Virus record (IMG/VR): IMGVR_UViG_3300032313_001035
From: a virus
Length of the DNA stretch: 64,000 bases
Reading direction: 5' to 3' (one strand)
Below, piece by piece: positions 28,161-38,930 of this stretch. A model generated the notes under the pieces. The model had not been told where the DNA came from and made no database searches. It saw only the letters and a list, made by a program, of their open reading frames with translations. The number at the start of each line of letters is the position of its first letter. The first letter of the stretch is position 1. A program made the translations under genes and the position numbers.

Positions 28161-30341
28161 ATGAAATTCGATAAATTGTATGAATTAGCATTAGAAGCAG
28201 CGAAAAATTTTGGAAGTCCAAAAAATATCGGCGGCGGTAGACTACAAGGTGTTAAACAATCCACTGCACCATCGGGATTTGTATCTAGTTCCGTAGGTAA
28301 GTCTGATAATTTTCAAGAAAGAGTGCCAATTGATCAAAAAAATAAAAAAGGTTACGATCCACGTGCATCGACTAAACAGAAAAGACAAGGTATCGAAGTC
28401 ACTGATGATATTACTGGCGAAACTATTGCTCGTAAAAAAACTGATTTTGAAAAAGGAAGCGTATTTGCTTTAGAAGGTCAAAAGAGTCAAGCTCTCTTCA
28501 ATGCATTCGCATTGCTGCACAATTATTCAGGATTCCAAGCGGAAATGAATGAGATTATTAATGATCTCAGTAATGCTCAAACAATCAATCAAAAAGACGA
28601 AAAAGATTTAAAAAATCTTCGATTCAACATTACTCAGAAGCAAGGTAAAGCAGAAATGCTGAGAGATAAAATTGCAACATATCAAAAAGTTATTGATAGT
28701 TATAACGAACCAGAAGAGGTGAAAGTAAAAACTTCTGAAGATCTGGCAGATTTTGAATCGTTATATGATACCAATTTTAAAAATCTTAAAAAAATCAAGG
28801 GTGGATCAAAATTGGTAAATTTCCTCAATACGTTGGAAAATTTAAAAATGCAGAAGTTATCTATTTTGAAAAACTTCACATCGAAGACATCACAATATGA
28901 AGTAGAAAAAGTTACTGCTAATATCAATCGGTTGGAAAATGATATAAATGAATATCTAGCTTCAAATCCGCAATATAAAAATTATTATGATAAATTTATA
29001 TCATATTCTGATCAGATAGAAGAACTGTCTGTAAAACATGCACATCATAAATTAAAACCCAGTGATATATATGGCGTAGAAAATAAAAGTTATGGTATTC
29101 AAAATATTCTAGACAAGAGTATTGAAAAATTGAAACAATTGGAAGGTGATCCAGACAGCGAAGATGAAGATGAAGTCAAAGGTTCTATACAAAAAGATAA
29201 AGATGCTTTAGCTGCGCTTGAGCGATATACTTCTCGCGTCACTGCCTTCAACGAAAAATTGAATGATAAATGCGTTGAAAAATTTAAAAATTTAGTAGTT
29301 GATAGTGCTAAAAATATTTTAAAATCTAAATTTGAAAATGCAGACATTGCTATTGTAGATAACAATGAAATTGATTGGACATCTACCTTACCTACCAGAG
29401 AAGACATGTATAATATATTGGTTAAGTTGTCGATGAATGATAACAACAATCCAATTTTTAGATTTGTTGATTCTATCGATAATTGGTATTACGATCAAAG
29501 AACTGATACCGAAACCAGAGGCGCAATGCGTTATGATATCAACAGAGCTATGAGTGATAATGAAAATATCACCGTAATGAGAGATAAAGAAAGTTTACCG
29601 TTTTTTAGAATAGTTAATTATTACAAAGCAGTCAAAATCGGCACTATGCCTATTAGTGATGCTATTATGAATGATAATTTTAGAAAAGCTTATCGCCTTT
29701 TCTATACTATTTGTAATGTTGATGGTGATCAGTCGGCAAGATGGAATAATGGTGCTATTAAATTAAAACTCAAAACGTTGCTGAGTATTGATAGTGGATT
29801 AAATGTTGATACTAAATCCGCTTTGAGCATGGGAGAAGCTATCAAAGATCATCGACGTATTGCGTATGAAAAATATATCGATAGTCCATATGATAAAAGA
29901 GGTATCGGTTCGTTTAAAAAGTTGTTATCTATGGTTGATGCGGATCTAAGATCTGATTATCCAAGACAATTCCAAGCCATGCGTCCTAAAATTATTGGGA
30001 AGACTGTTACTGAATCGTTCGATCAAGCTGCGAACAAAATCGCATCATCCCTTATTGATTTTGACGTAAATGATTTTGTAATTGATTTACAAGAAGTTAA
30101 AACTCTATTGGAAAAGAAATGCACGGGACCAACCAAAAAGGCATCTAGCGACCGTAAAGGCAAAAAATGGACTAAATGTGCAAGACAACCAGACGGATCG
30201 TATAAACGCATACATTGGGGTCAAGCAGGTGTTAGAGTTGGCAAGAACAATCCTAAACGGAGAAAGAGTTTCCGCGCAAGACACAAGTGTTCAAGTGCTA
30301 AAGCAGGTACACCCAAAGCAGCCGCTTGTAATGATTGGTGA
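28161..30341 (+). CDS. Large putative internal virion protein with basic Cys-rich C-terminal domain
   Basis: MKFDKLYE; coiled coil; IHWGQAG...NPKRRKSFRARHKC...ACNDW. Confidence 0.6.
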   Translation: MKFDKLYELALEAAKNFGSPKNIGGGRLQGVKQSTAPSGFVSSSVGKSDNFQERVPIDQKNKKGYDPRASTKQKRQGIEVTDDITGETIARKKTDFEKGSVFALEGQKSQALFNAFALLHNYSGFQAEMNEIINDLSNAQTINQKDEKDLKNLRFNITQKQGKAEMLRDKIATYQKVIDSYNEPEEVKVKTSEDLADFESLYDTNFKNLKKIKGGSKLVNFLNTLENLKMQKLSILKNFTSKTSQYEVEKVTANINRLENDINEYLASNPQYKNYYDKFISYSDQIEELSVKHAHHKLKPSDIYGVENKSYGIQNILDKSIEKLKQLEGDPDSEDEDEVKGSIQKDKDALAALERYTSRVTAFNEKLNDKCVEKFKNLVVDSAKNILKSKFENADIAIVDNNEIDWTSTLPTREDMYNILVKLSMNDNNNPIFRFVDSIDNWYYDQRTDTETRGAMRYDINRAMSDNENITVMRDKESLPFFRIVNYYKAVKIGTMPISDAIMNDNFRKAYRLFYTICNVDGDQSARWNNGAIKLKLKTLLSIDSGLNVDTKSALSMGEAIKDHRRIAYEKYIDSPYDKRGIGSFKKLLSMVDADLRSDYPRQFQAMRPKIIGKTVTESFDQAANKIASSLIDFDVNDFVIDLQEVKTLLEKKCTGPTKKASSDRKGKKWTKCARQPDGSYKRIHWGQAGVRVGKNNPKRRKSFRARHKCSSAKAGTPKAAACNDW

Positions 30342-30871
30342 TATTTAAAAATATTCTCATGAATTATATATCAGAAGAAACTGCCGCGAAAGCTGTCATC
30401 AAGAAAGGTGAAGAAATAGCCAAGCAAGGCGAGTTTCTCAACTGCGAGTTTTTCTGCAACAAGATGATTGGGGGTAAAGGTTTCAAAGAAGAATTTTCAA
30501 AAATAGACTCCGATATTACGACCGTCAGTCAGGCTGCTTCCATTCTAAAGGCAGGAGACGTATTGGCTTTCGGAGGCGGTGAAGATACTCCTCCGAGACA
30601 TTATGCGGTGTATGTTGGCGGAAATTCTGTTTATGAAGTAGATCAATGGGGCTCAAGACCCCGTGAATTCTCACTTTCCGAAAACCTCAATGAGTATGGA
30701 GTCATCAGTGCAGTCTATCGGAGTCGTGGTACCCAATACCAAGTAGATACGGAGTATGCTTCAGAAGCCCCAAGAACAACAATCAAAGAAAACACCAACC
30801 GTATTCTCACAAACTTCAATCAATTGTTCGAGAGAGTGATTTGGTTGAATGATGATTTATCCATTAAATAA
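30335..30871 (+). CDS. NlpC/P60-like papain-fold hydrolase
   Basis: NCEFFC...LKAGDVLAF...HYAVYVG. Confidence 0.65.
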   Translation: MVIFKNILMNYISEETAAKAVIKKGEEIAKQGEFLNCEFFCNKMIGGKGFKEEFSKIDSDITTVSQAASILKAGDVLAFGGGEDTPPRHYAVYVGGNSVYEVDQWGSRPREFSLSENLNEYGVISAVYRSRGTQYQVDTEYASEAPRTTIKENTNRILTNFNQLFERVIWLNDDLSIK

Positions 30872-30875
30872 TTAA

Positions 30876-32774
30876 GTGGATACTAATCAAATATTAATAG
30901 AATTACTTGGACATCTTAAAAAAGCTGACGAAGCGAGAGGTGTCCAAGCCGAATCTTTATCTGATAAAAATATCACCAATAACAAACCCGATAATTCAGG
31001 AGTGGAATCATCACAGGGTAAAAGAAAATTAGGTACTATTGCTGAGATTTTCGCTGAAAAATTTTTTCAAGTTCAAAAAAAATATACAAAAGACACTGCA
31101 CTCAAAACATCAGTACAAAAAATAACACCTAAAGCAATTTCAGAGAAAAAAACACAATTTGGCGAAAATCTTGGATTAAAAAAAGATAAAAAACCAGGGT
31201 TTTTCACAAGTACAATTCCAACGTTATTCGGTAGTTTATTCAGTGGCGGTTTTTTGAAAACAAAATTGAAAATACTGATAAAAGTATTAAATAAAATACT
31301 AAACACCACAATTTCTAAATTTTTTAAAGTCATCACTGGGATTTTTGGCAAAGGTTTTACGGATAGCCTAAAAACTATGAAAAAAACAGGATTGGCTAAA
31401 ATAAGTAATATATTTAAAGGTGGTAGCCTTATGGCAAGAATGGTAAATTTTTTAAAACCTGCTGTTGGATTTTTAAAAAAATTGCCTCTAATAGGTAGTA
31501 TCATATCAATAGGATTTGCTATTTCTAGATTCATGAAAGGTGATATAGTGGGTGGTGTTATCGATACATTGAGTGCATTAAGTGCATTGTTATACCCTGT
31601 AGCTCCTCCTGTTGCTATAGGATTGTCTATTGGTTTAGATGTGCTTAATGCTGTATTAGACTCTAAACAAGCTTCTCCTGAAAATGCTGGTAAAGGAAAA
31701 GGCGCTATATTATTGGATATGACCAAATCTTTAGGCAACTGGTTATGGAAACATGCTTACCATATACCTTTTTTAGGTGGTATTAAAAGATTTATAGATG
31801 CCAAAGAATCATTTGATTCTGGAGATTACCTAAACGGTTTTTTAAAATTAGGAATGGGTCTTATAGCATTGACAGGATTCGCTCCTATTGCTACGGGAAT
31901 TGAGATGGTTATGGGACTATTTAGTGGTAAATCTGATGAAAATAAAGATTTAAAACCAAATAAGAATTGGATGTCTTCTATTAGAGAGTGGATAATTAAA
32001 CGAATGGATGATTTACCGTGGTATATGAGACAACCATTAGAATGGTTTGGTATTTTAGATAGTAAAAATGGTTCTAATATACCAAATGCACCTAAAACAG
32101 AAACCAGTGGTATGACACAAATGATTAATAATTTCCAAGACACCATGATCAATGGTGCATCTGTTTTTGCTAATGATATAAATAATATTTTCGGAAATAT
32201 TTTCAAAAAAAATGAAAGTTCATTACAGAATATTGCTAATACTGTGGATCAAGGATTTAATCCTGATAAAACAACAAATATTATTTCAGATATTAACAAA
32301 GGTATATCAAGTATATTCGATCAAATATTGAATGGTGTAAATGCAATTAATTCTTATACCGCGAAAAACGAAAATAATATTTTAAAAGAAATATCGAATA
32401 ATATTTCATCATCAGAACAAATCAAATTGAAAGCATTTGATGGTAATACAGAATTGAATGTTGGTAAAAACACACCGCGAATAGCGATGGATAATAAAAA
32501 TGTCATGGTGAATATTCGCACGAATGATGATAATAGCGGATTGGCAGAGGTCACTGATATTAACAATGATCAATTGAAAGTATTACAAGATTTGCGTAAT
32601 ATAAGTATTCAAACCTTGAAAGTATTGGCAAAAAATAACGAACAAAGCACTCCCATACCACCAATAACACCTACTGGTTATAAATCTTCTAATACTATAA
32701 GTGATGGTGGAAAACAACATAGTATGAGAGTGAATCGTGGAGATTATGGATCATCGCCATATGCATTAGCTTAA
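30876..32774 (+). CDS. Tape measure / baseplate hub (gp29-like)
   Basis: KKLPLIGSIISIGFAISRF..GD..GG hydrophobic helices; position before gp48/gp53-like genes. Confidence 0.6.
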   Translation: MDTNQILIELLGHLKKADEARGVQAESLSDKNITNNKPDNSGVESSQGKRKLGTIAEIFAEKFFQVQKKYTKDTALKTSVQKITPKAISEKKTQFGENLGLKKDKKPGFFTSTIPTLFGSLFSGGFLKTKLKILIKVLNKILNTTISKFFKVITGIFGKGFTDSLKTMKKTGLAKISNIFKGGSLMARMVNFLKPAVGFLKKLPLIGSIISIGFAISRFMKGDIVGGVIDTLSALSALLYPVAPPVAIGLSIGLDVLNAVLDSKQASPENAGKGKGAILLDMTKSLGNWLWKHAYHIPFLGGIKRFIDAKESFDSGDYLNGFLKLGMGLIALTGFAPIATGIEMVMGLFSGKSDENKDLKPNKNWMSSIREWIIKRMDDLPWYMRQPLEWFGILDSKNGSNIPNAPKTETSGMTQMINNFQDTMINGASVFANDINNIFGNIFKKNESSLQNIANTVDQGFNPDKTTNIISDINKGISSIFDQILNGVNAINSYTAKNENNILKEISNNISSSEQIKLKAFDGNTELNVGKNTPRIAMDNKNVMVNIRTNDDNSGLAEVTDINNDQLKVLQDLRNISIQTLKVLAKNNEQSTPIPPITPTGYKSSNTISDGGKQHSMRVNRGDYGSSPYALA

Positions 32775-32788
32775 GTTAAATAATTTTA

Positions 32789-33787
32789 ATGAGTAATATT
32801 GTCAATATACACACCGACTACGATTGGACTGCTATACCTAGAAACAGTCCTTATCGAGCAGACGCGCCACATATCAAAGTTATATCTTATAAAGTAACTT
32901 CTAGTGCTGCTTTGAATAGACTACGTAGTTATTTGTCATTACTCGACACCGATGTTAATGGATTTTATGAAAATTTGTATAAAAATGTAGAGCAAGCGAA
33001 AACATATTTCATACCTTATTTTGGAGATAATGTTCGTTCTTTTTCAAATGAATTCGGTGATACCTTTCAAAACTCGGTTTTGGGTAATGTTGATAGTATG
33101 ATCAATAAACTAGCAGAAGAAACTGCTATTTTTTCTGAAGCCAAGGTTGCTGAAAATGTGAAAAAACTTGGGACGAGTGCTTATAATATGGGAAAAAACG
33201 CTTTGGGCGGTAGCTTTTCAGGATCTTTTAAAGATTTAACCAAAGGTATGAGCACTGCGCCAGGATCATACATTGAAACTCCTAAAATGTATGTATATGC
33301 TCAGAACGATAGTTCTTTGGATGTTAGTTTTCCTCTTTATAATACTATAAACCCAGATGCATGGGAAAATAATTATAACTTGATAGATGAATTGGTTACT
33401 ATCAATAGACCAAAAAGAATAACCCCTATTACTATGGAACAACCTTATTTATACGAAATTGTATTACCAGGTATTAGGTATATGAGATGGGCTTTTTGTA
33501 GTTCTTTATCTGTTAGTTTACTTGGTTCTAGGAGAATCATAGACTCCAAAATAATACCAGATGGATATCAAGTAAATATGTCGTTTGTTTCACTCACAAC
33601 GGAAGTCAGCAACTTCATGGAGAAAAGCAGAGGTGCCTCGACAATATCTGGGGGGAGAGCGAATATTATCCCATCTGCGCCTTCTACCCCACCATTGCCT
33701 AATTCAACATCACCTACCCCAACATCACCTACCCCAACATCACCTACTCCTCGAACATCTCCCACGCCAATATCCCCACTAGCATAA
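32789..33787 (+). CDS. Baseplate tail-tube cap (gp48-like) with TSPTP tail
   Basis: YIETPKMY; VSFPLYNT; PYLYEIVLPG; 15-nt repeat near 33704-33750. Confidence 0.5.
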   Translation: MSNIVNIHTDYDWTAIPRNSPYRADAPHIKVISYKVTSSAALNRLRSYLSLLDTDVNGFYENLYKNVEQAKTYFIPYFGDNVRSFSNEFGDTFQNSVLGNVDSMINKLAEETAIFSEAKVAENVKKLGTSAYNMGKNALGGSFSGSFKDLTKGMSTAPGSYIETPKMYVYAQNDSSLDVSFPLYNTINPDAWENNYNLIDELVTINRPKRITPITMEQPYLYEIVLPGIRYMRWAFCSSLSVSLLGSRRIIDSKIIPDGYQVNMSFVSLTTEVSNFMEKSRGASTISGGRANIIPSAPSTPPLPNSTSPTPTSPTPTSPTPRTSPTPISPLA

Positions 33788-33788
33788 T

Positions 33789-34187
33789 ATGGAACAACAA
33801 GGATTATACAGAAATCAAATCACCACATTACCAGTTTTAAAAATTGGTGATTATGAGAGAATTTTTAAAGTTTATGGTGAAACTTTGGAAGACAAAGAGT
33901 TTTATTATTATAACATTCTTTCTAAAATTGATTTATCAGATATAGATTCTGAATTTTTGGATTATTATGGTGTTAAATCCAAATCACCAATGACTATAAT
34001 ATCATATAATATATATGGTGATATGAATTTATGGTGGTTGCTATATCTGCTTAATAAAAATTTATTTGACGGTGCGCCATTTTGGATTAATGGTGGTGTT
34101 CAACTGAAATATTTAAAACCTGAATATTTACCATCTTTATATTACGATATAACAAAAAATACTATTTTAGGAGGACGACATTTTTAA
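33789..34187 (+). CDS. gp53: Baseplate wedge protein (gp53-like)
   Basis: ISYNIYGDMNLWWLLYLLN. Confidence 0.75.
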   Translation: MEQQGLYRNQITTLPVLKIGDYERIFKVYGETLEDKEFYYYNILSKIDLSDIDSEFLDYYGVKSKSPMTIISYNIYGDMNLWWLLYLLNKNLFDGAPFWINGGVQLKYLKPEYLPSLYYDITKNTILGGRHF

Positions 34188-34190
34188 TAT

Positions 34191-35552
34191 ATGAGCAATA
34201 TTATTAAAATAAATGACGTAACATATGAATACGAATATGTGTTCGTAAATCCAGATGGCGCTGAAAAACTTTTAACATCATCTGCTGTTAAAAATATAAC
34301 AATAGTTGATAATATTTTTAATCCATTTATGCGTGGATCTGTATCTGTCGCAAATCCTTTTGAGTTATTTGAAGATGGGTTTCGATTAAGAGGAGACGGA
34401 AGAGACGAATTTCGGATGATATTACGCGCCACATCCAGTAATACTGATAACGGTTTTGCTCCTGCTGCCCTCGATACGGGTAATGACTTGATAGAGTTTT
34501 CGGAGTCTTTTATATTATTAAAAGAAGAAAACACTGGTGATTTGGATGTTAGATCAGAAAACATAAAATCTTTTAAAATTATTTTGAAAGATTATCTGCC
34601 GTTTATGGATACCATACCATATGGTAAAAAATATCAAGGTAAAATAGGTGATATAATTAGAGAAATATTTATAGAATTATTAGGTCCAAATCGAGTAGAT
34701 GCCGCAAATTGGGAAAGTGGTGATTTCGAAATAGAATATTTTCCACCTTCTTCTTTTAGATATGTGGATTTAATATATTATTTGTTGAAATTTTTCTATG
34801 GTAAAGATGATGATTTATACGTCAAGGCGATCATATTACGTGATGACAAAACTAAAAGATACAGTATGCAATTTATATCTCGACTTTTCGTAACAAATTC
34901 TCAACATGTTATGGACGTATTTACATGTGGTGATCTTTTTGATAAACGTATAACGGCTGAGAACTCGAACAATCCACCGCCTTCTAATAGCCTCATGACT
35001 TATAGTAACGGTATAAAAAACTTTGCATATGACACACCATTATATGAATGGAATAATGATTTTTTTATAAATTATATCGTGCATGGATATGATCCTAATT
35101 TAGGCGTTCATAGTATGCGTATTTTAAGATTAGAAGACGTTGAACAAAAGTGGGTTTCAAAATTTGTAAATTTTTTTCCTGCATTAGGTGGAAAACCTAA
35201 ACCATTTTTAGTAAAAAATAACAACACTGCTCGTAAGTTTAGACAATACCGCACACCTTATACGATTGATGATAACGTAAAAATGGTGGAGTCTGAAATA
35301 TATAATATTTTAACCTTTTACAATTTGAATTGTACATTCAGCAATATAGGATATTTGACGAGAAATGCTGGTAAATTCGTGGATATTGTTAAAATTAGTG
35401 ACATACAATTAGATAGTGATCAAAAAATGTTTGGTCGTTGGTTTGTCACACAGGTTAAACACGTATTCTCTAATGATAGTTACAGTAACTATTTTGAATG
35501 TTGTAAAACATATGTCGGTCCGCTTAATAATATTAACCAAAATGTGAATTAA
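34191..35552 (+). CDS. Baseplate hub protein (gp27-like)
   Basis: ITIVDNIFNPFMRGSV; GRWFVTQVKHVF. Confidence 0.6.
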   Translation: MSNIIKINDVTYEYEYVFVNPDGAEKLLTSSAVKNITIVDNIFNPFMRGSVSVANPFELFEDGFRLRGDGRDEFRMILRATSSNTDNGFAPAALDTGNDLIEFSESFILLKEENTGDLDVRSENIKSFKIILKDYLPFMDTIPYGKKYQGKIGDIIREIFIELLGPNRVDAANWESGDFEIEYFPPSSFRYVDLIYYLLKFFYGKDDDLYVKAIILRDDKTKRYSMQFISRLFVTNSQHVMDVFTCGDLFDKRITAENSNNPPPSNSLMTYSNGIKNFAYDTPLYEWNNDFFINYIVHGYDPNLGVHSMRILRLEDVEQKWVSKFVNFFPALGGKPKPFLVKNNNTARKFRQYRTPYTIDDNVKMVESEIYNILTFYNLNCTFSNIGYLTRNAGKFVDIVKISDIQLDSDQKMFGRWFVTQVKHVFSNDSYSNYFECCKTYVGPLNNINQNVN

Positions 35553-37435
35553 TGAGAAATAAAATTGAAATACTCAGAGCAGTTTGCTTCTCAAAAGATG
35601 ATATTAAAACTTATAATAATCTACCTTTCGAGTTTAAAAATATTGAGATAGAATTCATGGAGGAATTTAAAAAAATCTATGAACTGGGATTGAATCAATT
35701 GGAACGTTTTATCATAAAATTAGATAAGGATGGGAATCAATTAGAACCACAAGACATCCAGTATTACGTCAAACAATTGTTAAATGGACCTTATAGCACA
35801 TATGCTGCCGAATTGGGTAGAGGTAAAAAATATTTCATCCCTACAACCGACAATATTGGTATTCTTCGAAATAACGAAACAACTGGATCATCCACTTCTT
35901 TGTATATAGATGACAAATATCCAATTGAAATACCAACGGATATTTTGAATAAAACACCTTTGTCTATACAGAATATGATCAAAGTGTCTACTGAGACGGT
36001 TGAGGTTTTATTTCGTTCATCATTATTCACTAGTATAGCATATGATAACACGTTACCTATAGTCGATAAGAAAAACCAAACAAGATATACTCAAGAAAAA
36101 AGTGGTGCATGGTTACAACAAGCTCATGGCAACTTCAACGTTAAGGATGCTTATTACAGAACCAAAATGGAGCCAGCTAGAGCCGAAATCACTGGTATTG
36201 TTCGTAGTGACATTGGTGATGAGAGATATAGAGTTTATGAAGATAAAAAACAATTTTCGCCATTTAATCCATATTCAAATAATGGATATTCCGCTAATTT
36301 TGTTGTTGAGAAAAAAATAACCAATGGTGCAAATACTCAAGTTTTTAAACAAGATATATACGGCAATGTTATTGATGATCGAAATACCAAAATCGTGGTA
36401 AATGATAAATCATCAAATAAAGAATTTTTACCAAATACCGTAAGTGGACAATTGAGCTATTCTAATAAAGGAAAAAAACGAGAAGATTCAATTACGAACA
36501 AACTGGCAATTGTCGATCAAGCATTAAATATCGCTGAACAATCAGGATTGATCAATCTAGGACAATTTGGAGTCAATTCTAGAGGATTGTTGGTTCTGGC
36601 TTCACAAGCTGGAACTAGTAGTGGTAGAGAATTACTGGTCAACATCGGTAAAAATAAACTTATAACCGTAGGTAGACAAATTCTTGGAAACGTTGGTAAT
36701 CAATTGAGCAACGCTACAGGTGGTATTATCGGCATATCAAATGGTGGCGATTTGGGTATTACGATAGCAGGTCAAGTATTTACTAAAGTAGATGGCAAAA
36801 TTCATTCTAATGTTGGTAATCTATTGATAAATCGTCTCGGTGGACAGATACTGAATAATACCAGTGATCAACTTATAGATATTAGTGGTAGAACCATAGC
36901 AACCATTGGTAATCAATTTGGACTTAATGTGAATACTCAAATGTTTGGAAATGTCGCTGGTGATGTGCTCAGTAATATCAGCAGCCAATTATTCAATAGT
37001 AATGGTCGCATATCTTTTGACGGAATAGGTGAGCAGATATTGAATAATGTGGGTGGTCAATTGTTTGGCAATTATAATGGACAAACATTTAATAATATAG
37101 GTGGACAAATGGGCTTGAATATAGGAAATGAATTGGTCAATACTAGCGGTCAATTATTTGGAAATAATGTATCGAACATATTAGGTATAAATAATATATC
37201 TAATAATATAAGCGCACAAATTGGTAATAATATAAGTAATGTATTAGGTTTGAATACAATATCCACTAACATATCAAATAACATAGCAAATATTGGACAA
37301 TTAGCTATTAATAGACTGAGCGATATAGGTGCTAATATAGCTCGACAAGTTGGTCAAAATATTGTTAATATTAGCAAAGCCGTAACAGTGCAAATTAGAA
37401 ACTCCGTATCGTCTATAGTTAGAGGATTTTTTTAA
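35552..37435 (+). CDS. Virion protein with G/N/Q/I-rich repetitive C-terminal half
   Basis: Quasi-repeats GNQL/GGQI/NNIS. Confidence 0.5.
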   Translation: MRNKIEILRAVCFSKDDIKTYNNLPFEFKNIEIEFMEEFKKIYELGLNQLERFIIKLDKDGNQLEPQDIQYYVKQLLNGPYSTYAAELGRGKKYFIPTTDNIGILRNNETTGSSTSLYIDDKYPIEIPTDILNKTPLSIQNMIKVSTETVEVLFRSSLFTSIAYDNTLPIVDKKNQTRYTQEKSGAWLQQAHGNFNVKDAYYRTKMEPARAEITGIVRSDIGDERYRVYEDKKQFSPFNPYSNNGYSANFVVEKKITNGANTQVFKQDIYGNVIDDRNTKIVVNDKSSNKEFLPNTVSGQLSYSNKGKKREDSITNKLAIVDQALNIAEQSGLINLGQFGVNSRGLLVLASQAGTSSGRELLVNIGKNKLITVGRQILGNVGNQLSNATGGIIGISNGGDLGITIAGQVFTKVDGKIHSNVGNLLINRLGGQILNNTSDQLIDISGRTIATIGNQFGLNVNTQMFGNVAGDVLSNISSQLFNSNGRISFDGIGEQILNNVGGQLFGNYNGQTFNNIGGQMGLNIGNELVNTSGQLFGNNVSNILGINNISNNISAQIGNNISNVLGLNTISTNISNNIANIGQLAINRLSDIGANIARQVGQNIVNISKAVTVQIRNSVSSIVRGFF

Positions 37436-37905
37436 ACATCCACCACGGTTTCAGGATTGTTCTTGCTATCCAATAATTTAAGAATATCGTTTCTAGTAAA
37501 CGTTAAGCGTGGAGTATTATCATCATCTGCTTTGGTTGTTTTGGAGTCGATATTCATTTGTGCTATTTCTTTTTGTGCTTTTATTTTATCATCTGATAAT
37601 TTCAATTTTGATAAAGATTCGATTGCGGAAGTGGTCGCTTTAACCAGTTCCGATACGGATTCAATTAGTTTAGCGTCAGCACCCGCTATCACTTCTATTT
37701 TCATTTTTTCAACCATTTCTAAAGAATGGTTTACGATTTTACCAGCATTGGTAATTACAAAATTTTCCAGATCTTCTTTTGTCAAAGGGTCTGGTTCTTT
37801 GATTGGTTGGTTTAAATGTTTGGTTTGATTTTTAATTTGTGAAATGATGTTTTCCACTTCATTATCCACGTCATCATCCAAAAAATTGTCCTCATCTTCA
37901 ATCAT
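37432..37905 (-). CDS. Terminase small subunit-like (gp16-like)
   Basis: Helical core AKLIESVSELVKA; C-terminal FTRNDILKLL; TAAATA upstream. Confidence 0.5.
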   Translation of the reverse strand: MIEDEDNFLDDDVDNEVENIISQIKNQTKHLNQPIKEPDPLTKEDLENFVITNAGKIVNHSLEMVEKMKIEVIAGADAKLIESVSELVKATTSAIESLSKLKLSDDKIKAQKEIAQMNIDSKTTKADDDNTPRLTFTRNDILKLLDSKNNPETVVDV

Positions 37906-37955
37906 ACGAATATTTAAGCTTGACAAAAGAAAAAACAATAGTAAGTTAGTTGTAT

Positions 37956-38924
37956 ATGGTTGATTTGTCCAATAAAAAAGTTCTTGTTACTGGTGGTTGT
38001 GGCTTCATTGGAAGCAACTTCATTGAAATGATTTTGAATAAATATTACAATTTATCAGTGTATAACATAGATAAAATGGGTATCGGGTCGAGAAGTCTCC
38101 AAGATATTCAATATAATCATCTTAATCGTTATGTTGAATATCGAAAAGATCTCAAAGACATTAGCACTGTTTTCCATGCTGAAAATATGGTTGATTTTGA
38201 TTATATATTTCATTTTGCAGCAGAATCTCATGTTGATCGTAGCATATCAGGACCGAAGTTGTTCATTGATAACAATATCATGGGAATGGTCGAACTACTT
38301 GAATGGGCTAGACAGCATCAAAAAAATGTAAAAATTATTAATATTAGCACTGATGAAGTTTATGGACATTTGGTCAATATCGATGATCCTTCTTTTAATG
38401 AGTCAACGCCTTTTGCTCCTAGAAGTCCATATTCAGCATCCAAAGCATCTGCTGATATGATAGCGGCATCATACACCACAACATATGGTATGGATATTAT
38501 TACCACACATTGCTGTAATAATTTCGGTGCTCATCAAGCTGATGAAAAACTTATACCTACGGTTATAAAATGTTTAATACAAAATCGAGCTATACCAGTT
38601 TATGGCAATGGTCAGAATATTCGTGAATGGATTCACGTAGATGATCACAATAAATCCATTTTGGAGATTGCCGAATTGGTAACACCTCACCGAAGATTCA
38701 ATATTGGTTCAAATTTAGAAATAAATAACCTTGACATTATTGAAGTTATATCTAAGATATTGAAAGTGACACCCACTATCAATTTCGTGGAAGACCGAAA
38801 GGGTCACGATTTTCGTTATTCAATAGAATCTATCAATTATGATAGAAAATTTAAACTAATGGATTATGAAGAAGCAATAAAAAACACAGTAGAGTTCTAT
38901 AAAAATAAATACACGCTTAAATAA
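37956..38924 (+). CDS. rmlB: dTDP-glucose 4,6-dehydratase
   Basis: VTGGCGFIGSNF; HFAAESHVDRSI; STDEVYG; PRSPYSASKA; DRKGHDFRY. Confidence 0.95.
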   Translation: MVDLSNKKVLVTGGCGFIGSNFIEMILNKYYNLSVYNIDKMGIGSRSLQDIQYNHLNRYVEYRKDLKDISTVFHAENMVDFDYIFHFAAESHVDRSISGPKLFIDNNIMGMVELLEWARQHQKNVKIINISTDEVYGHLVNIDDPSFNESTPFAPRSPYSASKASADMIAASYTTTYGMDIITTHCCNNFGAHQADEKLIPTVIKCLIQNRAIPVYGNGQNIREWIHVDDHNKSILEIAELVTPHRRFNIGSNLEINNLDIIEVISKILKVTPTINFVEDRKGHDFRYSIESINYDRKFKLMDYEEAIKNTVEFYKNKYTLK

Positions 38925-38930
38925 AAATAT

